Below are positions 19,497-30,461 of a stretch of DNA of 64,000 nt, in pieces. The first letter of the stretch is position 1; each line of letters starts with the position of its first letter. The position numbers and the translations under genes were made by a program. Below the pieces are notes generated by a model. It was not told the origin of the DNA, searched no databases, and saw nothing but the letters and a program-made list of their open reading frames with translations. The stretch comes from Nitrospirota bacterium (GTDB taxonomy: Bacteria > Nitrospirota > UBA9217): NCBI GenBank assembly GCA_963737155.1, contig CAVTRN010000002.1, positions 3,014,662-3,078,661 of the forward strand, given 5' to 3'.

Positions 19497-20543
19497 TCAC
19501 CTTTCACCTAATGATCCACTGACTCTTAGAACCTTTGCTCCTCTGATCTTCCGTTCTTTCAGTTCGAGAAGCGCCCTGTTAGCCTGATCAAGCGAATACT
19601 CCTCAATTTCCGGCCTGATCCGCATCTCAGCCGCAAGCGAGATAAATTCCTCGACATCCCTGCGTGTTATATTTGCCACGCTCTTAATCTCCTTCTCCAT
19701 CCAGAGATCACGTGGATAATCAAGAGCAAGGAGCGCATCCCTATCGCGCTCTTCTTTGCGGATTGCATTGATAACGAGACGGCCCCCTCGTTCAAGATGT
19801 TTCAAAGACTCGACGACCGGTTTCCAGGCCGGCGTTGTATCGATAATAGCATGGAGTTTTTCAGGCAGATTATCTGATGTATCACCTGCCCATTGGGCAC
19901 CGAGTTCCCGGGCAAATGCCCGCTCTTGTTCCGTGCGGGAAAAGACGAATATCCCCGCCTTTGGATAGAGATGCTTTACCATTTTGAGCACAAGATGGGC
20001 CGATGCACCGAAGCCGGTAAGCCCTATGTTCTCGCAGTCATGCATGTCGGCGAGCTTGAGCGACCGATATCCGATGGCACCGGCGCACAAAAGCGGCGCT
20101 GCTTCGGCATCGGAAAACTGCTCCGGAATCGGGTAGGCGAAAGCATCTGGGACAGTCGTGTATTCTCCATATCCGCCGTGTGCATCCCGGCCTGTTGCTT
20201 TGAAATCATCGCATAGGTTTTCCATTCCTTCCTTGCAGTATTTACATCTGCCACAGGCTGAATGGATCCAGGCGATGCCGATCCGTTCTCCGATGGTAAA
20301 CCGGCTTGCTTTGCTCCCAATCTTTTCTACGCGGCCCACGATCTGGTGTCCCGGAATGATCGGAAATCTCGAAGGTGGCATTCTGCCTTCGATCTCGTCC
20401 AGTTCGGTGTGGCACACGCCGCAAATCGAGACCTTGACAAGAATTTCATTCTCACCCGGTGACGGAGCGGGCAATTCAACGAGTTCGAGCGGTGATTTGT
20501 TGACTTCAAGGCTGGTAATTTTTTTAAGCACCATGGCTTTCAT
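19497..20543 (-). CDS. zinc-dependent alcohol dehydrogenase family protein
   Basis: GVCHTELD, GHQIVG, CGRCKYC...C, LCAGAIGY. Confidence 0.9.
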   Translation of the reverse strand: MKAMVLKKITSLEVNKSPLELVELPAPSPGENEILVKVSICGVCHTELDEIEGRMPPSRFPIIPGHQIVGRVEKIGSKASRFTIGERIGIAWIHSACGRCKYCKEGMENLCDDFKATGRDAHGGYGEYTTVPDAFAYPIPEQFSDAEAAPLLCAGAIGYRSLKLADMHDCENIGLTGFGASAHLVLKMVKHLYPKAGIFVFSRTEQERAFARELGAQWAGDTSDNLPEKLHAIIDTTPAWKPVVESLKHLERGGRLVINAIRKEERDRDALLALDYPRDLWMEKEIKSVANITRRDVEEFISLAAEMRIRPEIEEYSLDQANRALLELKERKIRGAKVLRVSGSLGER

Positions 20544-20988
20544 GATTTCACTCCAGCACGTAACGTTGATGAAAGCATCAATAACTCCTGATGAAACCTG
20601 CGGGTACAATAATGGAGAACCAAATGACAGGTGTGTATCTGTTGGAGCGTGAGATCAGTCTTCTGAAACTTATTATAGCAGGATCGAAACGTCCGAAGGA
20701 CACAAAGGGGATTGATGAGACGGCAAACTGCAGCTTCCTCAGCAGATCTTCAGTTCAGTCTTTGCGTTTGGTGGAATGTAGATGCGGCCTTGATGATTTC
20801 GTGCAGATGTTCCCGGTCCACCGACTGATCGGTGAATTGACGAATGTTAGAACGTATGTAACTCCCTTCGGGAAGGTTCATGCGAAACGTTTCCGTTACA
20901 CCGCGCTATGGCCCTTTTCCGGCAATGAACCATGCTCGCTGGACTGTCTGGAAATAGCGTTCTGAAAGGGCTTCGCTGCTAAACGATG

Positions 20989-21795
20989 CTACTTAACCAT
21001 ATCCCCGTATTCCAGAGGTCTGCGGTGCTTGAGAAACCCCCAGGTATCAGCCGCGTCTTTGCGCTCCGCCAAATCAATGTTTGCGATGACAATGGCTTCC
21101 TTGCCTCCTGCCAGATCCGACGCCATCTCGCCCCAGGGGTTGGCGCAGAAGCTCCTTCCATAGAACGAGATTCCCTCTTCCTGTCCCACCCGATTAACAC
21201 GGAAAATGAATAGATTGTTTGCAAAAGCGTTTGCCATGATCGCCCGTTCCCACAAATTGTGAGTATTGTTCGACGATGCAGTGGGCGAGAAGATGATATC
21301 AGCCCCTTTGAGCGCTAGGATACGCGCACCCTCGGGAAGCAGGTTGTCCCAGCAGATCTGGACGCCGATTCTGCCGCGCGATGTTTCGAAAACAGGGAAT
21401 CCCAATGATCCGGGAGAGAAGTAGTATTGCTCCCGGTAGAACGGGAGGTCCGGAACATGTATTTTACGGTATACGCCGGTCAGCTTGCCGACATCGATCA
21501 CCGCCGCGCTGTTATAGTACGCGCCGTCTGCGGACTCGAAAAAAGGGACGATGATGACTGTTTTGGACTTTTCGGAGAATGCCTGAAATTGCTTCAGCGA
21601 TTCGCCAGAGGCGTCCTGCGCCCGGGAGAGCTGCGACTTTTCCTCCTCCCGGGGAAACCAAGGATACAGAAACAGTTCAGGATAGCAAATGATTCCTGCG
21701 CCCTTTTCAACTGCAATTTCTGCCATCTCCAAGGCGCGCTGGATATTCCGGTTAATATGCTGATTTGGAATCATTTGTATACCGGCGATACGCAT
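20989..21795 (-). CDS. carbon-nitrogen hydrolase (N-carbamoylputrescine amidase/beta-ureidopropionase-like)
   Basis: E-K-C triad: YPELF, YRKIH, ICWD. Confidence 0.88.
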   Translation of the reverse strand: MRIAGIQMIPNQHINRNIQRALEMAEIAVEKGAGIICYPELFLYPWFPREEEKSQLSRAQDASGESLKQFQAFSEKSKTVIIVPFFESADGAYYNSAAVIDVGKLTGVYRKIHVPDLPFYREQYYFSPGSLGFPVFETSRGRIGVQICWDNLLPEGARILALKGADIIFSPTASSNNTHNLWERAIMANAFANNLFIFRVNRVGQEEGISFYGRSFCANPWGEMASDLAGGKEAIVIANIDLAERKDAADTWGFLKHRRPLEYGDMVK

Positions 21796-22770
21796 GGTAT
21801 TCGAATTAAACAGTGACATGGTGATTCCAGAAACCGTTTTCAGGATTACGTTTCCGCACTTCGCGGGCAACGTGATAATTGGCAGACTGTTTCGGCAATT
21901 ATATCGATTTTAACAGAAAATGTAAATTAGATATTCTTGGTCTTTCAAAGCCTTCGATTTCGAAACAATCTGCAGAAGACAGGATTGACGGATATCCAGG
22001 AATTGCCAAACCATCTCATTTCACGCTGATGTTTCAAAAAGGAAGGGTTTGAAATTATCCAGAGAATGAGTGGTAGCAGAAGCTTCAGACTTTGAAACAT
22101 AACTTCAGCGCCGCTTTATTATGAGTGGTATTCTGGGAGTCATCACCATGAAGGACATGACGATAATCATATTAATTTATATCCAGCAGATCAGAAGATC
22201 ACCTTTTTCCGATAGCTCGTAGGATAAGGTGATGTGCGCCACAAGCCAATTCAGTATAATTATCTATGCTCGTAAAACGGGATACCAGATTATAATAATG
22301 AGTCCTTTTGAGAAGAAAAGGTGTACGTTCTCATAACTCGTGGGACTCCAGCGTGCTAAGTAATGAGTACATCAGTCATAAATGATAATTCCACGATAAG
22401 ATTGTTCTATAAGATAATATATTCCAGCATTTTCGCACAAAAAAAGACTGAAATTAAAGCTAGAGGGAATAAAATAAAGATAAATGTCTTTCGCGATATA
22501 ACATGACATTTAAAATAAACAAAAGTACGCACAATATCTTTATTTTATTCAGACGTCCCCGTTGAGCTGCAACGTTTCCCAGAATATTCAAAGATAGAAA
22601 TTATCTCAGGCGAGCCCGATATTTTCGGGAAGACATGAATAGCTAATGAAACCGATACATTTGGTCGTGCCTTGCAACCTGCGGGGCCCATGAAATTATT
22701 TGCGACTGTTGCCGGTAAATCTGTCCTGATCTTTTACATCACTTTTATGAATCTATCTATCGAAAGAGCT

Positions 22771-23631
22771 TCAAGTCTCAAAGCCGGATAGGTCCTCCTT
22801 GCCTATTTCATCGGTCCTTCGCTCGAGTTCCGCGATGACCTGAGCACCCAGCAAAAGGATCAATGCTATAGCTTCAGTAGTTAGAAGCGCCACCACTGCC
22901 GTGGCGAAGGATCCATAAATTAAATTTACCATGGAGATAACCGTGTAATACCAAACCAGCACTCGTCGAGTGATTTCCCATAAAATCGTTGCGGCTACCC
23001 CTCCAATCAAAGCGCGCCGGAACGTAATATGGACAACAGGCATGACCAGATAGATAGATGTGAGCAACAGCACCTCACCAATGATCCCCATGATATACAA
23101 AGCAATGCCGGAGATTCCTTCCAGGCTCAATGTCCAACCAAACAGGATCAATTGTCTTCTTTCAAGGGTCTCTATTGCTCCAGTAATGAATGATACCAGC
23201 AAGATGCCAAGACCTAACACGAAGATGTATACATAGGGAAGAAGCGTGGAAATCAGGAAGGGGCGGTGTTTTACTCTGACCCGGTGAAAAAAGATAACTG
23301 ACATAGCATTTTCAAGAACGGTAAATGCTATAGAACTAAAAAAAAGCATCGCCAGGAATCCAATTGCACCAATCATATTCCGATGCACAAGAAATACCCG
23401 CACCTGCTCAGTCAAGGTTGTGGCATAGCCTGGAATAATCATTTCCAGATAGATGGATAAGGTATGAAATAACTGGTCTTCCTCGATAAAATGAGACAAC
23501 CCCACAAGAGCGAGAATCGACATGGGCACAATCGACAATAGGGTGTAATAGGCAACAGCACCGCATAACAGCAGGCCCTGATTGCGCTTGAAATCGCGTA
23601 GAATACTCACCAGGAAGCTGATAAACCGCAT
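22771..23631 (-). CDS. YihY/BrkB family membrane protein
   Basis: AVAYYTLLSIVP, multiple TM helices, YGSFA, LLLGAQ; GGAGG SD. Confidence 0.88.
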   Translation of the reverse strand: MRFISFLVSILRDFKRNQGLLLCGAVAYYTLLSIVPMSILALVGLSHFIEEDQLFHTLSIYLEMIIPGYATTLTEQVRVFLVHRNMIGAIGFLAMLFFSSIAFTVLENAMSVIFFHRVRVKHRPFLISTLLPYVYIFVLGLGILLVSFITGAIETLERRQLILFGWTLSLEGISGIALYIMGIIGEVLLLTSIYLVMPVVHITFRRALIGGVAATILWEITRRVLVWYYTVISMVNLIYGSFATAVVALLTTEAIALILLLGAQVIAELERRTDEIGKEDLSGFET

Positions 23632-24004
23632 CAGTCCCCTCCTCCCTAAGTATCGATAGTCCATCATAGGTCAGGAAGAAAATAATCATCCCTTTTTCTT
23701 CTGCTATCATTTCCCCGTGAAAGAGGATAAGGTGAACCCCGATCGAGATCGTAATGATTACAGCGCTCTTGCAGTCAGAAGAGTAGATAATTTGCATGTC
23801 GTACGTCTCAAGTTGGACCACGGAAAAGAGGAAGCGTATTCACAGTCTCCACCCTTTTTCTCCGGACGTATGCATAAATCACATAAAGAGGAAATGTGTG
23901 CGTATATGCATACCCTCTCTTCAAAATAACCTTCTGGATCTTTCCCCCACCTCAGAGGAGGTTGGCCTCGCACAACGCTGAATTATTCACTCTCCCTACA
24001 CGGC

Positions 24005-24283
24005 TCATGCATGCTGCCACTTTTCTTTCTCCTGGATATATGCGTTTTTACCCGCATCGATGGCGTTCGCAACTGCTGTTCTGCCTTCATCATAGAGGTT
24101 CTTCCCCTTATCGATGGCCACGGTAACTCGGTCCTTCGTCGTAGTGGCGAACCGCTTCATGTCGTTCCTTATTTCTTTCCCCGGCTTTGGTGCAAGCAGA
24201 AATGCTAATCCTGCCCCCACAACACCTCCCACGAGAAATGATAGTATCAGGGTGCTACCCTTATTCGTTAGTTCTTCTTTCAT
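24005..24283 (-). CDS. YtxH domain protein
   Basis: FLVGGVVGAGLAFLLAPKPGKEIR. Confidence 0.88.
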   Translation of the reverse strand: MKEELTNKGSTLILSFLVGGVVGAGLAFLLAPKPGKEIRNDMKRFATTTKDRVTVAIDKGKNLYDEGRTAVANAIDAGKNAYIQEKEKWQHA

Positions 24284-24744
24284 AGATCATCGCTCCTTTC
24301 TTTGTCCATAATCTTCTCCAGCGTTATTACGAGGCCAGTACCCCCTGGCTAATGCCACATACAGTTTCTCCTTTATTACAAGTTCTCTACGAACTCTAAT
24401 TCTACTATAAGTATATCACCGGTTTTTAAATTGAGTTACGGATGTGAAGAATAAACCCATCTTTTTTAAAAGTAACAGATAGGTGAAGACTGTCTCTTTA
24501 TTCACGATAACGATTCATTTTTGGTTGCTTATAAACCAGCACCTCATATCCCCACTCTGGTGAGACGGGGTATAACGGCGCAGAAGGATAATATCGCCTC
24601 TACCGGCAATTGTCCGCTATTCTATGAAACACTGGAGGATCCCATCTTCGGGGCTTTTATTGTGACCTAGTGAACAGGGGGGTAGGCATTCAGGAACATA
24701 AGCAATATTTAGCAGAATGACATGGAAATGAACTGAAATTTATG

Positions 24745-25077
24745 TCAGGCGCCAGTGATGGCTTTTTTCTTGGCGGCATGCTGCTCGAAGAGAACTTCCT
24801 TCATCAGCGTGCATGCTTCAATAACTTTTGGATTCGCCACGCGGTAGAAGATGTTCACACCTTCGCGCCGCGTCATGAGGATACCTTTATGCCTCATTAC
24901 AGCAAGATGCTGCGATACATTCGCCTTCGAGGCGCCGAGTACCATTACTAGTTCGGTAACGGTCTTCTCTTCGTTTTTCAGTACATTTAATATTTCGATT
25001 CGCTTCGGATTGGTGAGAGTCTTGCAAATATCTGCCTGCATTTCGCAAATAAATTTATTACTAGTAAGCTGTTTCAT
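24745..25077 (-). CDS. ArsR/SmtB family transcriptional regulator
   Basis: LTNPKRIEIL, VSQHLAVMR, RREG..IFY. Confidence 0.9.
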   Translation of the reverse strand: MKQLTSNKFICEMQADICKTLTNPKRIEILNVLKNEEKTVTELVMVLGASKANVSQHLAVMRHKGILMTRREGVNIFYRVANPKVIEACTLMKEVLFEQHAAKKKAITGA

Positions 25078-25083
25078 GTTTTC

Positions 25084-25112
25084 TTTGTACAGTGAACAGC
25101 ATTTTTTGTCAA
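25084..25112 (-). promoter_or_regulatory. promoter of the ArsR gene (leaderless geometry)
   Basis: TTGACA-N17-TACAAA; -10 ends 6 nt before ATG 25077. Confidence 0.6.
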
Positions 25113-25410
25113 GTAGTAAATAACTTATTATTCTTTTGCCAATTATAGAACGGATGTTTTTAATTTTTAAAAAGCAGGAATCAACCTGTTTCGTAATGGG
25201 CATACCTTGAGCTGAGGTTTAAAACCAATAGTCATGCAAGATGTAGAAGTTGTTTGTGGCGATCGTGCTGGTACAACAAAGCATCATTATGTCTCCATAT
25301 TTTTGTACAAATCAGCTGGACTACATGACCGATTATTTTCTTGAAATCCTGTGTAAAAATGATAATATAAAAAATTGCCATAAGAGGATATCGTAAATGG
25401 AGAAGATATA

Positions 25411-28047
25411 ATGATCGGTTCGTTGCTGAAAAAAATATTCGGCACTGCAAATGACCGCGAACTAAAACGCATTCAAGTGCACATAGACCGAATAAACAGT
25501 TTCGAGGGAGAAATTTCCAAACTCACGGACGAAGCGCTTCGCGCCAAAACCGGCGAGTTCCGGAAGCGTCTGGAGAGCGGAGAAACGCTTGATGATCTAC
25601 TTTCCGAAGCTTTTGCGGTGGTGCGCGAAGCATCGAAGCGGGCGCTCGGCATGCGCCACTTCGACGCCCAGCTTATCGGCGGTATCGTACTCCATTCAGG
25701 GAAGATCGCCGAGATGAAGACCGGCGAGGGAAAAACGCTGGTAGCCACACTTCCCGTGTACCTGAATGCATTATCAGGCAACGGCGTACACGTGGTCACG
25801 GTTAACGACTACCTCGCTCGGCGCGACGCCCAGTGGATGGGGCCCGTGTATCAGTTCCTCGGCCTGAGCGTCGGTGTCATCGTGCACGGTCTTTCCGACG
25901 AAGAGCGGCAGATAGCCTACGGCGCCGACGTAACCTACGGTACGAACAACGAGTTCGGATTCGACTACTTGCGCGACAACATGAAATTCGATCTCAAGGA
26001 CTATGTGCAACGCGAGCTAAATTTTGCCATTGTCGACGAAGTAGACTCGATCCTCATCGACGAAGCCAGGACTCCGCTTATCATTTCCGGCCCGGCGGAA
26101 GAATCCACGGACAAGTACTACAAAATCAACCGCATCATTCCCAGCCTCAAGAAAGACATTGACTACACTATCGAGGAAAAGACCAAGACCTCGACCCTGA
26201 CTGAGGAAGGAAACATCAAGGTCGAGCGCATGCTGGATTCGGGAAACCTTTACGACCCCTCGAATGTCGACTTGGTGCATCATGTACACCAGGCTCTCAA
26301 AGCACATGCGCTCTTCCACCGAGACGTAGACTACGTGGTCAAGGACGACCAGGTTATGATTGTGGACGAGTTCACAGGGCGTCTTATGCCGGGGCGCCGC
26401 TGGAGCGACGGTCTGCATCAGGCCATCGAAGCCAAGGAAAATGTCAAGATCGAGAACGAGAACCAGACTCTAGCTTCGATCACCTTCCAAAACTACTTCC
26501 GGCTTTTCGGCAAGCTCGCAGGCATGACCGGCACCGCCGAGACCGAGGCTGCGGAATTCTCGAAGATCTACAATCTCGATGTGGTAGTTATTCCTACCCA
26601 CCGGCCCATGGTCCGCATCGACAATGCGGATTTTATTTATAAAACCGAGCAGGCTAAGTTCAACGCCGCCATCAAGGAAATTGAGGCGCTGAACAGAAAG
26701 GGCCAGCCCATCCTCGTTGGTACGATCTCCATCGTCAAATCCGAAATCCTGTCCTCGATGCTGAAAAAAAAGGGGATCAAGCATACGGTCCTGAACGCAA
26801 AGTTCCATGAGATGGAGGCTGAGATCGTGGCCCAGGCCGGCCGGTACAACTCTGTCACTATTGCCACCAACATGGCAGGCCGTGGTACGGACATTGTTTT
26901 GGGCGGTAACCCCGAGGGACTCGCACGGCAGGCGCTCAAAAGCAAGGAGTATACCAAAGACGAGTGGGACAGGACGCTTGAACAATTCAAAACCGTCTGT
27001 GCCGGGGAGAAAGAAAAGGTCATCGGCGCGGGTGGACTCCATATCCTGGGAACGGAGCGGCACGAATCGCGGCGAATCGACAATCAGCTTCGCGGACGTT
27101 CGGGTCGCCAGGGAGATCCCGGATCATCGCGGTTCTATCTCTCACTTGAGGATGATCTCCTGCGCATCTTCGGTTCGGACCGAATCTCCGGTCTCATGGG
27201 CAAGCTCGGAATGGAGGAAGATGTACCCATCGAGCACCGTATGGTATCGCGTGCTATTGAGAACGCCCAAAAGAAGGTTGAAGAGCACAACTTCGAGATA
27301 CGCAAGCATATCCTTGAATATGACGATGTGATGAACCAACAGAGGAAGGTGATTTATGAGCAGCGGCGCGAGATTTTGGCCGGCGAGAACCTGAAGGAGG
27401 AAGTGCTCGGCCTCGCTGAGGAGATGTTGGACGGCATGATCGGCATTTACTGCCCCGAGGACGCCTATCCCGAAGCGTGGGATACCACGGGCCTGACTGA
27501 TGCCCTTGCAGCCAAATTCTCTTACCGATTGACCGGCATCGATCTCCAATCCAAGACGCGCGAGGATCTCCGGGAAAGCCTATGGGGAGCAGTCAGAAAG
27601 AGCTATGACGAAAAGGAGCTGGAAATTGGCCCGGAGGTAATGCGCCATCTCGAAAGAGTCTTCATGCTACAGGCCGTGGACCATCAGTGGAAGGATCACC
27701 TTCTAGCCATGGACCACCTGAAGGAAGGTATCGGCCTCCGGGGCTATGGACAGAAGGATCCGCTCATCGAATATAAAAAAGAAGGCTTCGACATGTTCGA
27801 GGAGATGAAGCTCCGCATTGTCGAGACCACGGTTGAGAGCCTCTTCCGCATTAAAGTCGCGGCAAAGGAGCAGAGCCAAGAAATCGAGCGAAAGCAGCGA
27901 CGTCAAATAGCGAACCTGAGGTTTGTGAGTTCCGGAGACGCGGCATCATCCAAACCCGAACCAGTGCATGCAGCACAGAAAGTCGGACGTAATGATCCGT
28001 GCCCCTGCGGAAGCGGACTCAAGTACAAGAAATGCCACGGAAAGTAA
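25411..28047 (+). CDS. secA: preprotein translocase ATPase SecA
   Basis: [38 protein letters not shown]-terminal [11 protein letters not shown]. Confidence 0.99.
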   Translation: MIGSLLKKIFGTANDRELKRIQVHIDRINSFEGEISKLTDEALRAKTGEFRKRLESGETLDDLLSEAFAVVREASKRALGMRHFDAQLIGGIVLHSGKIAEMKTGEGKTLVATLPVYLNALSGNGVHVVTVNDYLARRDAQWMGPVYQFLGLSVGVIVHGLSDEERQIAYGADVTYGTNNEFGFDYLRDNMKFDLKDYVQRELNFAIVDEVDSILIDEARTPLIISGPAEESTDKYYKINRIIPSLKKDIDYTIEEKTKTSTLTEEGNIKVERMLDSGNLYDPSNVDLVHHVHQALKAHALFHRDVDYVVKDDQVMIVDEFTGRLMPGRRWSDGLHQAIEAKENVKIENENQTLASITFQNYFRLFGKLAGMTGTAETEAAEFSKIYNLDVVVIPTHRPMVRIDNADFIYKTEQAKFNAAIKEIEALNRKGQPILVGTISIVKSEILSSMLKKKGIKHTVLNAKFHEMEAEIVAQAGRYNSVTIATNMAGRGTDIVLGGNPEGLARQALKSKEYTKDEWDRTLEQFKTVCAGEKEKVIGAGGLHILGTERHESRRIDNQLRGRSGRQGDPGSSRFYLSLEDDLLRIFGSDRISGLMGKLGMEEDVPIEHRMVSRAIENAQKKVEEHNFEIRKHILEYDDVMNQQRKVIYEQRREILAGENLKEEVLGLAEEMLDGMIGIYCPEDAYPEAWDTTGLTDALAAKFSYRLTGIDLQSKTREDLRESLWGAVRKSYDEKELEIGPEVMRHLERVFMLQAVDHQWKDHLLAMDHLKEGIGLRGYGQKDPLIEYKKEGFDMFEEMKLRIVETTVESLFRIKVAAKEQSQEIERKQRRQIANLRFVSSGDAASSKPEPVHAAQKVGRNDPCPCGSGLKYKKCHGK

Positions 28048-28315
28048 CTATTTTGTTGTAAGAACCGTTACGGGGATCAGCACACTTCCCGCCATGACGT
28101 TACTCACGGAGAAATGTAATATAGATCGATTTGGATCACCAGACAAACTTGCGAGCTATGCCGGCCTCATTCCAAATACGGACTTCAGCGGAGAAAAGGA
28201 CACTACGACAGGCATCACCGACCAACGCAAACGAACACTGCGACATCTAATTATTGAAAGCTCATGGATTGCTGTACGGAAAAACCCAGTAATGATCATT
28301 AACAAAAACAAATAA
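28048..28315 (+). pseudogene. IS110-family transposase C-terminal remnant
   Basis: RTVTGISTLPAMTLLTE..NIDRFGSPDKLASYAGLIP....SG.....GIT.....LRHLIIESSW; no N-terminal domain. Confidence 0.78.
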
Positions 28316-28535
28316 AAAATGGGATAATCTGTCGATCAGTCTATCCAGTCTAAAACAGATTTGACTTTTAACATAAAGGAAGAACCGACCTGCGGTAATG
28401 GTTTAATGTAAAGAGAGGAAGCTCTCCCATGTACCAATCCCAAGCCCACCCGGTTCGCGATAAACTATATAGATTATAAATGGAATATGAAGGATCTGAA
28501 AAAGAAAAGGACTGTGGTCTTATCAGGAGAGCCTC

Positions 28536-29465
28536 TTAATTCAAGTACTTTACGGGGTTCACGGGCAATCCGTTTAATCGCACTTCGTAGTGAAGATGCG
28601 GTCCCGTGCTGGCTCCGGTATCGCCAATGTAAGAGATCACATCTCCCCGCTTGACCTGCTGACCCGCTTTCACATTAAGCCGCGAGTTATGCGCGAAAAC
28701 AGTCTTGATTCCGTACCCATGGCTGATTTCAACCATATTCCCGTATCCTGGACTAAATTCCGCTTTGACCACGACACCGTCGGCCGGCGCAACAACCGGC
28801 GTTCCAACTTCTGCCGCAATATCAATCCCTTCATGGAATGAATGGAGACCGCTAAACGGTGAAATGCGGGGGCCGAATGGAGATGTAACCCAACCCCGAA
28901 CAGGCCATGTCGATGGCGTGGAAGCATAGAGCGATCGCTTGTCCTCAAAGTATTCGATCAGCGTCTGGAGGCTGGTCTCCTGCCGTGTTGCAGCACCCTT
29001 AAGTTGCGACAGCTCCTGATGCATTTCCTTGAGCGCCTCATCCTGTTTCTTTTCGCCCATTTGCGTAAGATTCTGGAGTCCCATTTCATCGGGCCCGCCT
29101 ATACCGAGCACCTGTTGTGCCCGGTCTCGGGGCCCGAGACTCACTACGCGGCGGAGTTTGGTATCCAGGTCGCGTAGAAGAAACATCTGGCGCCTATAAT
29201 CCAGAAGATTGAGAGCAAAGCCCTGAACCTGAGCTTTCTCTTGCATCAACTCCTCACGAGCGGACTGTAGCTCCCAGACTTTATCCTTGGCATCATTATA
29301 TTCATAAACAAGATAAAGAGAAAAAAAGCTGATTACTGCAAGGGAAAGAAGCACGGTTTTAAGAACCGATTTTGATATGCTCAAAGTCCGGACCCTTTCG
29401 TTCGGGCCAGGCAGAAACATAAGGGTGTAATATTCTTTTTTCTTGAGCTTAGTTACCCTCATCAT
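28536..29465 (-). CDS. M23 family peptidase
   Basis: N-terminal TM and coiled coil; HEGID, YGN, STGPHLHYEV. Confidence 0.92.
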   Translation of the reverse strand: MMRVTKLKKKEYYTLMFLPGPNERVRTLSISKSVLKTVLLSLAVISFFSLYLVYEYNDAKDKVWELQSAREELMQEKAQVQGFALNLLDYRRQMFLLRDLDTKLRRVVSLGPRDRAQQVLGIGGPDEMGLQNLTQMGEKKQDEALKEMHQELSQLKGAATRQETSLQTLIEYFEDKRSLYASTPSTWPVRGWVTSPFGPRISPFSGLHSFHEGIDIAAEVGTPVVAPADGVVVKAEFSPGYGNMVEISHGYGIKTVFAHNSRLNVKAGQQVKRGDVISYIGDTGASTGPHLHYEVRLNGLPVNPVKYLN

Positions 29466-30120
29466 TCCTCCGAAAAAATATAAAAAAACGTTAGCATAAA
29501 GTACTCAATATTGTCAAGAGATTATTATCAAACACGTCATAATTTTGACAGATAAAAATATGGCTGGAATTAAATTCATTTTTGGAATCCAGCCAAAACC
29601 CAAGTTGTGTACATCTCCCATTTCCATAATTTAGACTAAAAATTTAAATAAATCAGTTACTTATTTTTTATATTTAGAAAAAACAAGAGGCTTCTTCACT
29701 GCCACCAGATGGATTCCGGTTCTGCTGGTTGACACACCCAAGGCCATGCTCTATAAATTAGAGCATGCGCTACTTGCTGTGAGCTGTCAATATTCCAGCA
29801 CTAGGCGGAGAGCCAGGTCAAGATCGACCACAGTACTTTTTCCCACCCAGCCATGGGCGAGAAATTGGGAGTTTCTGCCCAACGTCCAATTTTTCTGGAA
29901 CTCTTGATGCTTGCCTCTGGAAATTCTCCGTATATTATGTGTTTTAAACAATGCAAAAAAAGCTAATTATGACTTGTCCCGTTGCTCGAAATGACGGCAT
30001 GGCATTATTTAACTCGCAAAGTAATAACTCCATGAAAGAAAAAAAGCATGCTCCAGATCGTTCTTTTTCCTGGTATTAATTCTCTAGTCTTCAATTCTGG
30101 ATCAGGATATTATGCCGTAA

Positions 30121-30441
30121 TTATCCTTTTGTCATATCTTGAAGCCACGAAAGGTAATCGGACGAACCACCTATGACAGGTAGAGCCAGTATCTCGGGTA
30201 CACTATAAGAGTGAAGCTCTTTCACGCGTGAGATAAGTTTGTTCAGGAGATCATGCCTACTTTTACACAGGAGAAGCGTTTCTTGCTCGACCCGATTCTT
30301 TCCTTCCCATAAAAACAAAGATCGTATTCCGGGCACAATATTCACGCACGCAGCAAGGTGCTCCTCCACGAGAAATGTCCCGATTTTTACGGCTTCGTCG
30401 TTCGAAGATGCAGTAATCAGTACGATAATTTCCCCTGCCAT
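30121..30441 (-). CDS. cutA: divalent-cation tolerance protein CutA
   Basis: LAACVNI, WEG, HSYSVPEI. Confidence 0.93.
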   Translation of the reverse strand: MAGEIIVLITASSNDEAVKIGTFLVEEHLAACVNIVPGIRSLFLWEGKNRVEQETLLLCKSRHDLLNKLISRVKELHSYSVPEILALPVIGGSSDYLSWLQDMTKG

Positions 30442-30461
30442 TTATCTCTCTCCGCATATTC

